The notes below the pieces were generated by a model that was not told the DNA's origin, searched no databases, and saw only the letters and a list, made by a program, of their open reading frames with translations. The position numbers and the translations under genes are program-made. A stretch of DNA of 63,409 nucleotides, the filler included, from Octopus bimaculoides (taxonomy: Eukaryota): the NCBI RefSeq assembly GCF_001194135.2. It is 7 parts of 5 records of this genome, joined end to end, with 100 filler letters (N's around TTAATTAATTAA, not from the genome) between each part and the next. Parts side by side here need not be neighbours in the genome. Positions count along the whole stretch, not along the records: positions 59,967 to 63,409 come from NC_068982.1; 6 more parts are not named here. One strand, written 5' to 3'. This document shows, piece by piece, positions 63,388-63,409 of the stretch (its first letter is position 1; every line of letters starts with the position of its first letter).

Positions 63388-63409
63388 ACAATACATATAT
63401 ATATATATA

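Overview
Animal genomic DNA: AT-rich and dense in (CA/TG)n, (TA)n, (TATG)n and (GA)n microsatellites, with many N gaps. The repeat families look like octopus / coleoid cephalopod DNA (inference from pattern recognition, not a database search). Six 100-bp N44-TTAATTAATTAA-N44 spacers are artificial scaffold joins, so order and orientation across them are uncertain. Genes: (1) a minus-strand gene with a 97-nt exon (56619-56715), a 2,205-nt Pro/Ser/Gln/Tyr-rich exon (51973-54177) and a possible tiny last exon; (2) one strong plus-strand exon (46859-47084); (3) a phase-compatible chain of small minus-strand exons at 2.8-5 kb, possibly starting near 8 kb. I cannot name any of these genes. The rest is mostly mobile DNA: tRNA-derived SINEs of several families, RTE, CR1-like and I/jockey-like LINE fragments, mariner/Tc1 and pogo/Tigger remnants, and hAT-like MITEs. 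The main finding is about 14 type I hammerhead ribozyme (HHR) motifs, intact or decayed, read by hand on both strands. They have the short self-complementary stem III typical of HHRs in Penelope-like elements (PLEs). Three loci hold divergent inverted HHR pairs inside foldbacks, three HHRs share one intron, and one decayed HHR is the tail of a tRNA-headed SINE-like element.
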